NCBI GenBank assembly: GCA_965261395.1
Contig: OZ253462.1
Span: 1,920,001-1,984,000 of the forward strand
Length of the DNA stretch: 64,000 nt
Direction of reading: 5' to 3'
From: Candidatus Latescibacterota bacterium
GTDB lineage: Bacteria > Latescibacterota > UBA2968 > UBA8231
Under the pieces are notes generated by a model that was given only the letters and a program-made list of their open reading frames with translations, did not search any database and was not told the DNA's origin. Position 1 is the first letter of the stretch; each line of letters starts with the position of its first letter. A program made the position numbers and the translations under genes. Shown piece after piece: positions 1 through 8,784 of this stretch.

Positions 1-842
1 GCAAAGACCTGCTTCTCGCCGATGCAGAGAATGTTGTTATCGAAGCCCCCCCCGTCGATGATGTCGCGCGCGGCCTTGGCTAAATCGGCGGTTTCATCGA
101 CGACCGCGGGCGGATTACCTGGTCCGGCGACGATGGCCTTTTTGGGGCTACCCAGCGCGGCCTTGGCCACGCCCGGCCCGCCTGTGACCAGCAGCAGGCG
201 GACGCCTGGGTGGTTGAACAATTCGTTGGCCGTCTCAATGGTCGGCGTTTCGACCGCGGTCACCAAGTTGGCCGGCCCGCCGGCTGCGACGATGGCTTGA
301 TTGATCAAGTCCACCGCGAACATGGAGACCTTGCGGCCCGCCGGATGTACGTTGAAGACGACCGAGTTACCCGCGGCGATAATGCAAATGGCGTTGTTGA
401 CCATCGTCGGCACGGGATGCGTCGATGGAGTGACCGCGCCGATGACCCCGTAGGGGGCCATTTCGACTACGGTCAGCCCGTGATCGCCGGTCCACGAAGT
501 GGCCTCTAGGTCTTCGACGCCGGGCGTGGTGTCGGCCGCGACTTGGTGCTTGAGGATCTTGTCTTCCAACCGCCCCATGCCCGTCTCGGCCAAGGCCCGC
601 CGCGAAAACTCCTCGGCGTGGACGTGCACCGTCTGCCGGAGGGCCTCGACGATCTTTTTGCGCTCCTCCAGCGACAGGGCCACCAACTGCTGCTGGGCGC
701 GGGTCGCGCCTTGGACGGCCGCGTCGATCGTCGCGAAGACGCCGGTGTTCCCGCTCTCGCTGCCGTTCCCGCCGCTGACGACGCGCTGCACCACTTCTTC
801 GACTATCTTGCGTACGTGTTCTTCGCTGACGTTTTGAGGCAC
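1..842 (-). CDS. CoA-acylating aldehyde dehydrogenase, EutE/PduP family (3' end runs off window)
   Basis: Manual translation from GTG at 842: MPQNVSEEHVRKIVEEVVQRVV...EMAPYGVIGAVTPSTHP...VTGGPGV...GPGNPPAVVDETAD...FDNNILCIGEK; GAGGA RBS upstream. Absent from the ORF track because there is no stop in the window. Confidence 0.9.
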   Translation of the reverse strand, partial: MPQNVSEEHVRKIVEEVVQRVVSGGNGSESGNTGVFATIDAAVQGATRAQQQLVALSLEERKKIVEALRQTVHVHAEEFSRRALAETGMGRLEDKILKHQVAADTTPGVEDLEATSWTGDHGLTVVEMAPYGVIGAVTPSTHPVPTMVNNAICIIAAGNSVVFNVHPAGRKVSMFAVDLINQAIVAAGGPANLVTAVETPTIETANELFNHPGVRLLLVTGGPGVAKAALGSPKKAIVAGPGNPPAVVDETADLAKAARDIIDGGGFDNNILCIGEKQVF

Positions 843-979
843 GCTCTTTTCCTCGGGTTGTGTTTAATATTTAGCATGGGGAAAATAGGCGGCCCCACCC
901 CAAGCGTCAAGGTTATTTGACGGGCTGCCAGCCCTGCCTTAAGGTTTGTGCAAGTGCTGGAAAAACAAAGGAGAAAGAC

Positions 980-1783
980 ATGCGCATCATCCGCTTTATC
1001 GACGCTGAAGACGCCGTCCGTTGGGGCCTCGAAGCCGAGGAGGGCCAAGCCTCCGTCCTCACCGGCGATCTATTCGCAGAACTAGTGCCCACGGACGAAC
1101 AGGTAGCCGTCAAAAGGCGGCTCGCCCCGCTCGCCCCGACCAACATTTTCTGCATTGGGCTAAACTATCGAGAACACGCGGCCGAATCCGGCCTCGAGCC
1201 GCCCGAGCAGCCCGTAGTCTTTGCCAAGCCCACGAGCGCGGTCTGCGGCCCGGGCGACCCGATCCTGCTGCCAGCCTGCTGTCGCCGCGGCCCGGAAGTT
1301 GACTACGAGTGCGAGCTCGCAGTGGTGATCGGCAAAGCCGCCCGCAACGTCTCCCGCGCCGACGCCCTCAGCCACGTGCTCGGATACACGTGCGCCAACG
1401 ACGTCTCGGCCCGCAAGTGGCAGCTCAACGGCGGCGGCGGCCAGTGGATCCGCGGCAAGGGCTTTGACACCTTCTGCCCTTTGGGGCCGGTGCTGGTCAC
1501 TGCCGACGAAATCCCCGACCCGCAAACCCTCGGCATCCGCACGATCCTCAACGGCGCGACCATGCAGGACCACACCACCGGCGACATGATCTTCCCGGTC
1601 GCCGAACTGATCGAATTTCTCAGCGAAGATACGACCTTGCTGCCGGGCACGGTCATTCTCACCGGTACCCCGCAGGGCGTGGGCTTTGCGCGCAAGCCGC
1701 CCGTGTGGCTCGCAGCCGGCGACGAGGTAATCGTGGAAATAGACCAGATCGGCCGGCTGCAAAATCCAGTGGAGGCAGCCTAG
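980..1783 (+). CDS. Fumarylacetoacetate hydrolase family protein
   Basis: CIGLNYREH, DYECEL, NDVSAR, KGFDTFCPLGP, ILTGTPQGVG motifs; AAGGAG RBS before ATG 980. Confidence 0.92.
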   Translation: MRIIRFIDAEDAVRWGLEAEEGQASVLTGDLFAELVPTDEQVAVKRRLAPLAPTNIFCIGLNYREHAAESGLEPPEQPVVFAKPTSAVCGPGDPILLPACCRRGPEVDYECELAVVIGKAARNVSRADALSHVLGYTCANDVSARKWQLNGGGGQWIRGKGFDTFCPLGPVLVTADEIPDPQTLGIRTILNGATMQDHTTGDMIFPVAELIEFLSEDTTLLPGTVILTGTPQGVGFARKPPVWLAAGDEVIVEIDQIGRLQNPVEAA

Positions 1784-1786
1784 GGT

Positions 1787-2107
1787 TCACGCCTCCTTGA
1801 ACATCCCGAAGGCAAAGGCTTCGGGTAACTCCTCGAAGATGATCTGCCCCTCGTCGTCGGTCTCCAACAATTGGGCCATGTAGTCGTACCACTTTTCTAG
1901 GATGGGAACTTGGCGGCTCTTGAGCCAGTCTTCCTCAGTGGGGGCGACCGCGTGGATGACGAGGTGTTCGCCCAAGCGATAGATGGCCATGCTGACCTCG
2001 TTGTCGGTCATGCTGTCGGCGATTTCGGGCCACAGGTCGTCGTGGGCCTGTTTGTACTCGGCGTACGCGTCGGGGCGCAGCCGCATGCCTAAGCCAATCG
2101 AATACAT
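1787..2107 (-). CDS. L-rhamnose mutarotase family protein
   Basis: EYKQAHDDLWPEI, KWYDYMA motifs; ~106 aa; AAGGAG RBS. Confidence 0.8.
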   Translation of the reverse strand: MYSIGLGMRLRPDAYAEYKQAHDDLWPEIADSMTDNEVSMAIYRLGEHLVIHAVAPTEEDWLKSRQVPILEKWYDYMAQLLETDDEGQIIFEELPEAFAFGMFKEA

Positions 2108-2681
2108 AATGGTCTCCTTGGTCGTTAGAGGATTCGCGCCGTCCAACGCGGACGACGATGTCGTGGTGATTGATAAATATGCGGATTAATTAAGAGATAT
2201 TCAGAAAATGACGTAAAGTGCCTTTTTTTCTATTCTTAGGTATTTTTTCCTTGACAATATATCACCTTGAAAGTGAAACTAAAAGGCAATCAAGAACCGT
2301 GCAAAGCAAATTGCACATCACCATAGAGAGGAGGGCCTCAAGTAATGATTCTCTTCGCACATCAATTCTCGTGTAGTACTCTTAGGAGCCAGCTCCCCGA
2401 CGGGGGCGGCCATAAGGTCCCAAATATGCGGGCTAAAAACAGCATCCGAGCGTTGCGCGTTCGTCCCAATCCCTAGAATACACGCACGACTCTTCAGGTT
2501 GCGTGCATCGGCTGGCTAAAACGCCCAGCCGAATCGGGAATTCACCTCGCATTCGCAATGTAATCGTCTCAGGCGATTGACCGCGCGTGCAAGGGCTTTC
2601 CCACGGGGTTTTCGGGACAGCGCTTTCGATAAGGAGGGCACTTTTGCGTCCCGGAAACCGGCGATACATCGAACTCGATAT

Positions 2682-2738
2682 AGCCGCTTTCCAGCGGCTT
2701 TTTTAATGGCTGCGGCGCAAAAATGCTGCGGCTTTTTT
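2682..2738 (+). terminator. Two tandem hairpin + U-tract terminator-like elements
   Basis: AGCCGCT-ttcc-AGCGGCT-TTTTT, then GGCTGCGGCG-caaaaa-TGCTGCGGCT-TTTTT (G-U pairs). Confidence 0.5.
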
Positions 2739-2792
2739 CGTTGAATTTCGTCGAACTTTGCACCAATTGAAGATCTGGAGAGAACACAACTC

Positions 2793-3050
2793 ATGCGCAA
2801 AATCGAGCCAGAACGCATCAAGCGCGCGGCGCGCATCTACGCGAGCAACCAAGAAGCCAGCCGTGCGCTGGGTATCGCCCCGGGCAGTTTCAGCCGGCTT
2901 TGCCGGCTCTACAACATCGAGACCCCCTATGCGCGTAAGCGCCGGCGGCGCGAGGAGTTCTGCCGCCAGCGCGACGACGATCTCTTAGAAGATATCGACC
3001 TCGACCTGCAAGAGATGGAGGCGCTAGAGGAGGTGCTCAACCTCAACTAA
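2793..3050 (+). CDS. Small HTH-like DNA-binding protein with acidic tail
   Basis: NQEASRALGIAPGSFSRLCR resembles a Fis-type HTH; basic then acidic C-terminus. Confidence 0.65.
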   Translation: MRKIEPERIKRAARIYASNQEASRALGIAPGSFSRLCRLYNIETPYARKRRRREEFCRQRDDDLLEDIDLDLQEMEALEEVLNLN

Positions 3051-3074
3051 ATAGGCATCGCATATCGCTCGGTT

Positions 3075-3121
3075 AGTGGGGAGTTGGTGGACGTTTTCGT
3101 CCGCTAGCTCCCCGCTTTTTT
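3075..3121 (+). terminator. Rho-independent terminator
   Basis: AGTGGGGAGTTGGTGGACG-tttt-CGTCCGCTAGCTCCCCGCT-TTTTT. Confidence 0.8.
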
Positions 3122-3172
3122 GTTGTAATCCAAGCGCTGACCTTTATTAGATGCCAAAACAAGGAGGAGATC

Positions 3173-5818
3173 ATGGCTAGCGCGAAATCGTTGCAGCGGC
3201 TCTGCCGCCAAACCTTGCCGCTGATGTTGCAGGCGGCGAATGGACGAGAAATGATGGGGGCGGTGCGGGAAGTGGTCGCTACCGATCGCTGGAATTCGTT
3301 TGACCGCTTTCACGAGACGACCGCGACGCTGGTGCGGCGGTACGAGGCCGCCGGGGCGCGCGCCGAGGTCGAAGCGATTCAGACGGGAGGGCGGATCGGC
3401 TCTGGGCGGTGGATCATCCAGGAGGCGGCCGATGTCCAAGGAGCAACCGTCGATGTGGTGCATCCAGTCGCGGAGCGGGTACTGGATTGGCAGGTCAACC
3501 CCTGGCACCTCATCCAATGGAGCGCAGCGACGCCACCGGGCGGCTTGCGGCTGCGGCTATTTATCCTCGACCACGTTGAGGAAATCGAGCGGCAGCCGGC
3601 CGACGGACTCGCCGGAGCGCTCGTGCTGACGAAACTAGACCCGCGCACTCACCTCAAGCTGCTCGCCGATAAGGGCGCTGCTGCGGTCATCTCCGACCAA
3701 CAGGTTCCCAACCTGCCCGATGCAGTCGCCTGGACCAAGTTCGGGTGGGGCGCGATCCCCCCGCAGCAGGGAACGGCGCGCCTAGTGGGCTTTGCGATCT
3801 CTGCCAGACAAGGAGCACAGCTCAGACGGCTGGCACAGCAGCATGGAGTGCTGACGGTACAGGTGGTGGCCGATGTCCGCAAATACGTGGGCAGCCACGA
3901 TGTGGTTAGCGGAATCATCGCCGGAGCCGACGACCCCCAAGACGAAGTTTGGGTCATTGCCCATAGCGCCGAGCCGGGGGCCGTAGATAACGCGTCGGGC
4001 GTAGCTGTGACCTTGGAAATCGCCCGAATAATCGAAGGGCTTATCCAAGCCGGCGAGATCGAGCGACCGAAGCGCACCATCCGCCTGCTCAACGCGTACG
4101 AGTGTTACGGGTTTTTTGCTTACCTAGAGCGGACGCGGAGATTGCAGACGCCGTTGGCCGGTGCTTGTATCGACACGGTCGGATCCCGGCCCGAAGTCTG
4201 CGACGGCCGCTTGGAGTGGCACGGGACGATCCCAATGTCGGCCAGTTTCGTCGATCGCGTCGGCGCGGCGATCCTGCGCGCCGGAGTGCGGCAGCACCAA
4301 CCCGGCTACCGCGTATATCCGGCGCACTTTATGTCCACTTCCGACACCCTGATCGGCGACCCGCAATACGGATTCCCCTGTCCCTGGCTGACGACGCACC
4401 ACCAAAAGAGCGGGCGCGGCTTTGATGCCTATCACTCTTCGGCCGACGTGGAAAAATTGCTCAGTCCCAAGGGCCTGGAGACCTGCGCCGCCGCTATGGC
4501 GGCCTATGTGTACTACTTGGCCGACATCGGTAGTGCGGAGGTGGGGGAACTGGTCCGCACCGAAAACGAGTACTTTCTCGGGGTGCTAAAACGCCAAAAA
4601 GGCTCCCGCGTTGAAGCCGAGTACACCCGCGACGCGCACAGCCGCAGTATGCAGCGACTGACGCGCTGGCTCTGGGGCGGTGGGCGCAGCGAGGTCATGG
4701 GAGCAATCGCCGAGGGCAAGCGACAAATTGCGGCAGCCTCCGAGGACATATCACCGACAAAGCGCCCGCGCCGACCTGCCGAGGCGCGGCTGGTACCCCA
4801 GCGCACGGCGGTGCTCTCGCCGACGGCGGAGAACGCGCCGGAGGCCATAAGCAAGCGCATCGCCGCCACGCAGCTTACCCCTTGGGCGCTGTTTTGGGCC
4901 GATGGCCGCCGCAGCTTGGGCGAAATCGCCGAGCGCATCGCCTGCGAGGAGGCCGACTCCGGCGCAGGACCGCGGCAGCAAGCAAAAGAGCCTATCGCCA
5001 TAGACCGGGTCCACGCCTACTTTGCGGCCCACGCCGAATTGGGTTACGCCCAGTTGATCGACCCAGCCAATATGATCGGCCGCAAGGAACTGGTGAGGGA
5101 TTTGCGTCGCTTGGGCGTCGCCCCGGGCATGGACCTGATGGTACACAGTTCCCTCTCGGCCATCGGCTTTGTGGAGGGCGGTGCCGAGACCGTCGTCGAT
5201 GCGCTCTTGCAAGCCGTCGGCAAGCGCGGAACCCTACTGGCCCCCTCGTTCAATCACCGCGTGGCGACTGTCTTCAACCGGCTGGCCACTCCCACCACTA
5301 ACGGCGCGATCCCGGACGCGCTATGGCGGCGCGCCGAGGCCGAGCGCAGCGCGCATCCTACCCATGCGGTAGCGGCGATCGGGCCGCAGGCCAGACACTA
5401 CTGCCGTGGCCATCTCGAAGCCGGCATCTGGGCCGCGGATAGCCCGATCGGCAAATTGGTACACGGCGGCGGCTATATCCTCGCGCTGGGTACGACGCAC
5501 GACACCAGCACGGCCTACCACATAGCCGAGATGTCCGTGCCCTGCGGCTGCATCGAGTCCTTTGCTCTCCCGGACCGGATCGTGCGCCAAAACGGAGCTG
5601 TGGAGGAGGTCTTGGGGCTAGCCTTTCGCAGCGGCCACTGCCCAGTCCCAACCCACAAGCTGGACTCAACACTCGACCGGAGGAAGTTGCAGCGGCGGGG
5701 TAAGGTGGGGCAGGCCGAATGCGAATTAGTAAAGGCCCACGACCTGTGGCAGGTGCGGCGCGAACACTTGCGGCGCGTCTGTCCCACCTGCACCGTCAAA
5801 CCCCAAGCCGCGCGGTGA
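3173..5818 (+). CDS. M28/DUF4910-like metallopeptidase-fold protein fused to a C-terminal AAC(3)-family acetyltransferase
   Basis: AHSAEPGAVDNASG and YHSSAD; wHTH-like WADGRRSLGEIA; then LRRLGVAPGMDLMVHSSLSAIG, RSAHPTHAVAAIG, TSTAYHIAE. Confidence 0.85.
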   Translation: MASAKSLQRLCRQTLPLMLQAANGREMMGAVREVVATDRWNSFDRFHETTATLVRRYEAAGARAEVEAIQTGGRIGSGRWIIQEAADVQGATVDVVHPVAERVLDWQVNPWHLIQWSAATPPGGLRLRLFILDHVEEIERQPADGLAGALVLTKLDPRTHLKLLADKGAAAVISDQQVPNLPDAVAWTKFGWGAIPPQQGTARLVGFAISARQGAQLRRLAQQHGVLTVQVVADVRKYVGSHDVVSGIIAGADDPQDEVWVIAHSAEPGAVDNASGVAVTLEIARIIEGLIQAGEIERPKRTIRLLNAYECYGFFAYLERTRRLQTPLAGACIDTVGSRPEVCDGRLEWHGTIPMSASFVDRVGAAILRAGVRQHQPGYRVYPAHFMSTSDTLIGDPQYGFPCPWLTTHHQKSGRGFDAYHSSADVEKLLSPKGLETCAAAMAAYVYYLADIGSAEVGELVRTENEYFLGVLKRQKGSRVEAEYTRDAHSRSMQRLTRWLWGGGRSEVMGAIAEGKRQIAAASEDISPTKRPRRPAEARLVPQRTAVLSPTAENAPEAISKRIAATQLTPWALFWADGRRSLGEIAERIACEEADSGAGPRQQAKEPIAIDRVHAYFAAHAELGYAQLIDPANMIGRKELVRDLRRLGVAPGMDLMVHSSLSAIGFVEGGAETVVDALLQAVGKRGTLLAPSFNHRVATVFNRLATPTTNGAIPDALWRRAEAERSAHPTHAVAAIGPQARHYCRGHLEAGIWAADSPIGKLVHGGGYILALGTTHDTSTAYHIAEMSVPCGCIESFALPDRIVRQNGAVEEVLGLAFRSGHCPVPTHKLDSTLDRRKLQRRGKVGQAECELVKAHDLWQVRREHLRRVCPTCTVKPQAAR

Positions 5819-5890
5819 ATAGATCGCTCCCCGTATGGCCAGCACCTCCAGGGCAGCCAAAACGACGGACTCACCGATGCCGCCGGCCGC

Positions 5891-6049
5891 TCTCATCTGA
5901 TTTTGCGTTTTGGCGGGGCGGCGCACTATCGGACGAGCCAGCATTTCTTTATGGGCCTGATCATGGGCGAGGCCCTGTGCAACGGGCTGTGGCTGGTCAT
6001 CGACTACTTCACCGGCAAGGTCGGCAACGCTGTCTTTATTCTGGGGTGA
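5891..6049 (+). pseudogene. 3' remnant of a DUF6784/DUF6785-like membrane protein
   Basis: LILRFGGAAHYRTSQHFFMGLIMGEALCNGLWLVIDYFTGKVGNAVFILG* with no in-frame start seen for the N-terminal part. Confidence 0.6.
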
Positions 6050-6137
6050 TCCCATATTCCTTGACAGCCCTGTACGAGTGGAACTACCAGCGTCAACTCT
6101 TGCGTCTTTATTCTGGGGTGACCCGCATTCCTTGACA
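6032..6137 (+). repeat. ~35-bp imperfect direct repeat pair with a 37-bp spacer
   Basis: GTCTTTATTCTGGGGTGAtcccatATTCCTTGACA (6032-6066) vs GTCTTTATTCTGGGGTGAcccgcATTCCTTGACA (6104-6137). Confidence 0.9.
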
Positions 6138-6160
6138 TTGGGGGCGGGCGGGGCTATCTC
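6132..6160 (+). promoter_or_regulatory. Putative sigma70 promoter, nearly leaderless
   Basis: TTGACA-17 bp-TATCTC ending 9 bp before ATG 6170; no SD seen. Confidence 0.4.
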
Positions 6161-6169
6161 TTTTGCCCT

Positions 6170-7459
6170 ATGAAGCGACTCATCTTTTTCCTAGTAGCAG
6201 CGCTCGCCGCCTGCGTCGGCCCTTTCGCCGGCAAGAAGGTTCCGCCTTGGCTTGCGCCCTCCCCCGTGCTCACAGCGACCTTCTCCAGCGAGGAAGCCGC
6301 CGCGCATCTGGTCTGGCACCCGGTGTCTTCAGCGGGCTTTCTCTACGGCGAAATTCAGCGCGCCGCAGGGGGAGAGTTCGCAGCCATAGCGCGCGTGGAA
6401 TCCGTGGCCGACACCACCTTTACAGACGCCGACCTGTGGGCCAACACGCATTACAGCTACCGGATAGTCATCTTCTTCGGTGAGGACGAGACCGTACACG
6501 AACTGGTCAGCACAACGGCCGCGGGCGGATTCCACCGCCGCATCGCAAGCTGGGCACTGGACGAGGGCGTGGCCCCCACGCGGCTAGCCATCGGCCGCAA
6601 CGGCACGGTCTTTGTCGTCGGCGCGGGCGAGGGACGCGTCGAGCGCTTCGACCGCGCGGGGCACGCTTTGGACGCATGGGTCTATACCACTGAGCCTCTA
6701 GCCTGTATGGAAACAAGTGCGCTAGACGGGCCGGCGCTGGCCTTCGACGACGACGACCACCTCTACGTGGTGTACAACCTACACCGCCCGAGCCAGAAGC
6801 CAGAGGCCTTTTGGGCGAAATTCGCCCCGGATGGTCGGCTGTTGTGGACGCGTCCACTAGCCGGGCTGTTCGCCCGCCACATCGTCATCGACGGCGATGC
6901 CATCTACATCGAGAGCATCAGCCAATTGCAGCTATTCGACCAAGCCGGCGAGCAGCAGGTCCAGTACGCCATCCCGGCCCTGCTGGTGGCCAGTCTGCGG
7001 CTTTGGCAAGGGCGATTCGCCGCGCTGATTGAGCCATTGGCCCTGCGCGCCGGCGACTGGCAGGCACCCCGGCTAGTCGTGTACGACGACCCGCAGCGCG
7101 CCGCGGCCAGCCGCGTCATTGGCCGCGATCCCAAATCGTATCAGGACCGCGGCAGCGGGCTTTTACTGCGGCCCACTGATTTTGCCGTCGATGAAGCGGC
7201 TGATCGGGCTTTCGTGGTTAACGCCGGCCACAGCCGCATCGAGGTGTTCCAGCAAGGACACTACCTGACGCGCTGGGGTGAGGAAGGCGACGGGGAAGAC
7301 CAGTTCCGCTTCAAGGGCCGCCTCCAAGTCATCGTCGATATGGCCACTGGCAAAGAGGGTGAGCGCGAGGTGGTAGCCGGCGGCATTGCCCGCGACGCCG
7401 AGGGGTTCATTTATGTGGCCGATACGTTCAACGATCGGATTCATAAGTTCCAACCATGA
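6170..7459 (+). CDS. Lipoprotein with FN3-like and NHL-repeat beta-propeller domains
   Basis: Lipobox LAAC; FTDADLWANTHYSYRI; GIARDAEGFIYVADTFNDRIHKF. Confidence 0.8.
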   Translation: MKRLIFFLVAALAACVGPFAGKKVPPWLAPSPVLTATFSSEEAAAHLVWHPVSSAGFLYGEIQRAAGGEFAAIARVESVADTTFTDADLWANTHYSYRIVIFFGEDETVHELVSTTAAGGFHRRIASWALDEGVAPTRLAIGRNGTVFVVGAGEGRVERFDRAGHALDAWVYTTEPLACMETSALDGPALAFDDDDHLYVVYNLHRPSQKPEAFWAKFAPDGRLLWTRPLAGLFARHIVIDGDAIYIESISQLQLFDQAGEQQVQYAIPALLVASLRLWQGRFAALIEPLALRAGDWQAPRLVVYDDPQRAAASRVIGRDPKSYQDRGSGLLLRPTDFAVDEAADRAFVVNAGHSRIEVFQQGHYLTRWGEEGDGEDQFRFKGRLQVIVDMATGKEGEREVVAGGIARDAEGFIYVADTFNDRIHKFQP

Positions 7460-8391
7460 GGGCCTCACTCGCGTTTCTATTGCTGGCCTTGCTGTACAGC
7501 GAGGGCCAAGCCCAGCTCCAAGACAAGCGGGGGTACAATCTCTGGGCCAAAGAGAAGATCCGCTACCTCAACGCCAAGGTCACCATCAACCCTTACAACC
7601 CGCAACTGCGCGTCCTCCTCGCCAACGCGTACTTTGACGACGGGCAAAAGTACGAGGCCAAAAGGCTGTTGCTCGAAGCCTTGCAACTCGACCCCAACTA
7701 CGCCGAGGCGCATTGCAATCTCGCAGTCATGCTCCACGGCCAGGGATACGACCGCGAGGCTAAGCACCACTATGAGGAAGCCCTGCGGCTGGATTCGCTG
7801 ATGGTCGAAGCCATGGCCGGGCTGGGGACCTTGCTCTGCCGCACTGAGCACCAAGCCGAGGGCCTCGAATACCTCGAAAAAGTCATCGCGATTCAGCCCG
7901 ACCACGTCGGTGCTCGCTTCAACATGGCCGTGGCGTATCACAAGGTCGGCGACTTCAAAAAGTCCATCGAACACCTAGAGACCTTGTTGCAGGTCGATTT
8001 CCAGTATCGCGGTGCGCGCCGCGCGCTGGCTCGCGCTTATTACAGCCTTGGGCTCGTGCGGCTGCAAGCCCAACAGCCCGAGTTGGCACTCGCCGCGCTG
8101 GCCCAGGCCGTCGAATACGAGCAAGACAACAAGAGCATGTTCTTCGCCAAGGGCCTCGCCCACCTCGACAGCGGCGACCTCACTGAGGCCGAAGCTGCCT
8201 TTAAGCAGGTCATCGCGCTGTCCGGAGATCACATCCCAGCCCTGCACAACCTCGGCGTGATCTGCGAAAAGACCGAGCGATATGCGGAAGCCGTCCAATA
8301 CTACGGTAAAATCCAGCAACTAGCCCCTCATCTAGCGACGATCGAAGCGGTCAAACACGCCTCGTACGATGTGAATTACTTGGTCGAATGA
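7456..8391 (+). CDS. Exported TPR-repeat protein
   Basis: Signal peptide; multiple TPR units (ALQLDPNYAEAHCNLA, ARFNMAVAY, ALHNLGVI). Confidence 0.88.
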   Translation: MRASLAFLLLALLYSEGQAQLQDKRGYNLWAKEKIRYLNAKVTINPYNPQLRVLLANAYFDDGQKYEAKRLLLEALQLDPNYAEAHCNLAVMLHGQGYDREAKHHYEEALRLDSLMVEAMAGLGTLLCRTEHQAEGLEYLEKVIAIQPDHVGARFNMAVAYHKVGDFKKSIEHLETLLQVDFQYRGARRALARAYYSLGLVRLQAQQPELALAALAQAVEYEQDNKSMFFAKGLAHLDSGDLTEAEAAFKQVIALSGDHIPALHNLGVICEKTERYAEAVQYYGKIQQLAPHLATIEAVKHASYDVNYLVE

Positions 8392-8393
8392 GT

Positions 8394-8422
8394 TTGACTT
8401 TTGCTCGGCTAACGCGTACAAT
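8394..8422 (+). promoter_or_regulatory. sigma70 promoter of infA
   Basis: TTGACT-17 bp-TACAAT. Confidence 0.7.
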
Positions 8423-8508
8423 TCGTATTCTTTGTGAGTCGCTTTAGCGGCTACTTTTTGGTGGTGCCGATGACGCCACCACCATCCCATCTCCTTTAGG
8501 CGAGAGCA

Positions 8509-8727
8509 ATGGCTAAAGAAGAAGCAATCGAAGTCCAAGCAGTGGTCAAAGAGGCCCTGCCCAACGGCTTTTTCAAGTGCGAGATGGAGAACAGCCACAA
8601 GATCATGGCCCATGTCTCCGGCAAGATGCGCAAGTACTACATTCGCGTGCTGCCGGGCGACCAGGTCACCGTGGCCCTTTCGCCCTATGATTTGAGCCGC
8701 GGACGCATCACTTTCCGCAATCGCTGA
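8509..8727 (+). CDS. infA: Translation initiation factor IF-1
   Basis: MAKEEAIE...[33 protein letters not shown]. Confidence 0.98.
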   Translation: MAKEEAIEVQAVVKEALPNGFFKCEMENSHKIMAHVSGKMRKYYIRVLPGDQVTVALSPYDLSRGRITFRNR

Positions 8728-8784
8728 GACGCCGCACGACCACCCAAGTGCCGTCTCGATGAGCCTCACACCAGACCAAGGCAC

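Noticed and set aside
2630-2670. c-di-GMP-I riboswitch on the minus strand (GGGACGCAAAAG)
   Set aside because: The upstream GGCAAA element and P3 motif are absent.
6032-6137. CRISPR array
   Set aside because: Only two imperfect repeats, no cas genes, and the repeat is a gene end plus a -35 box.
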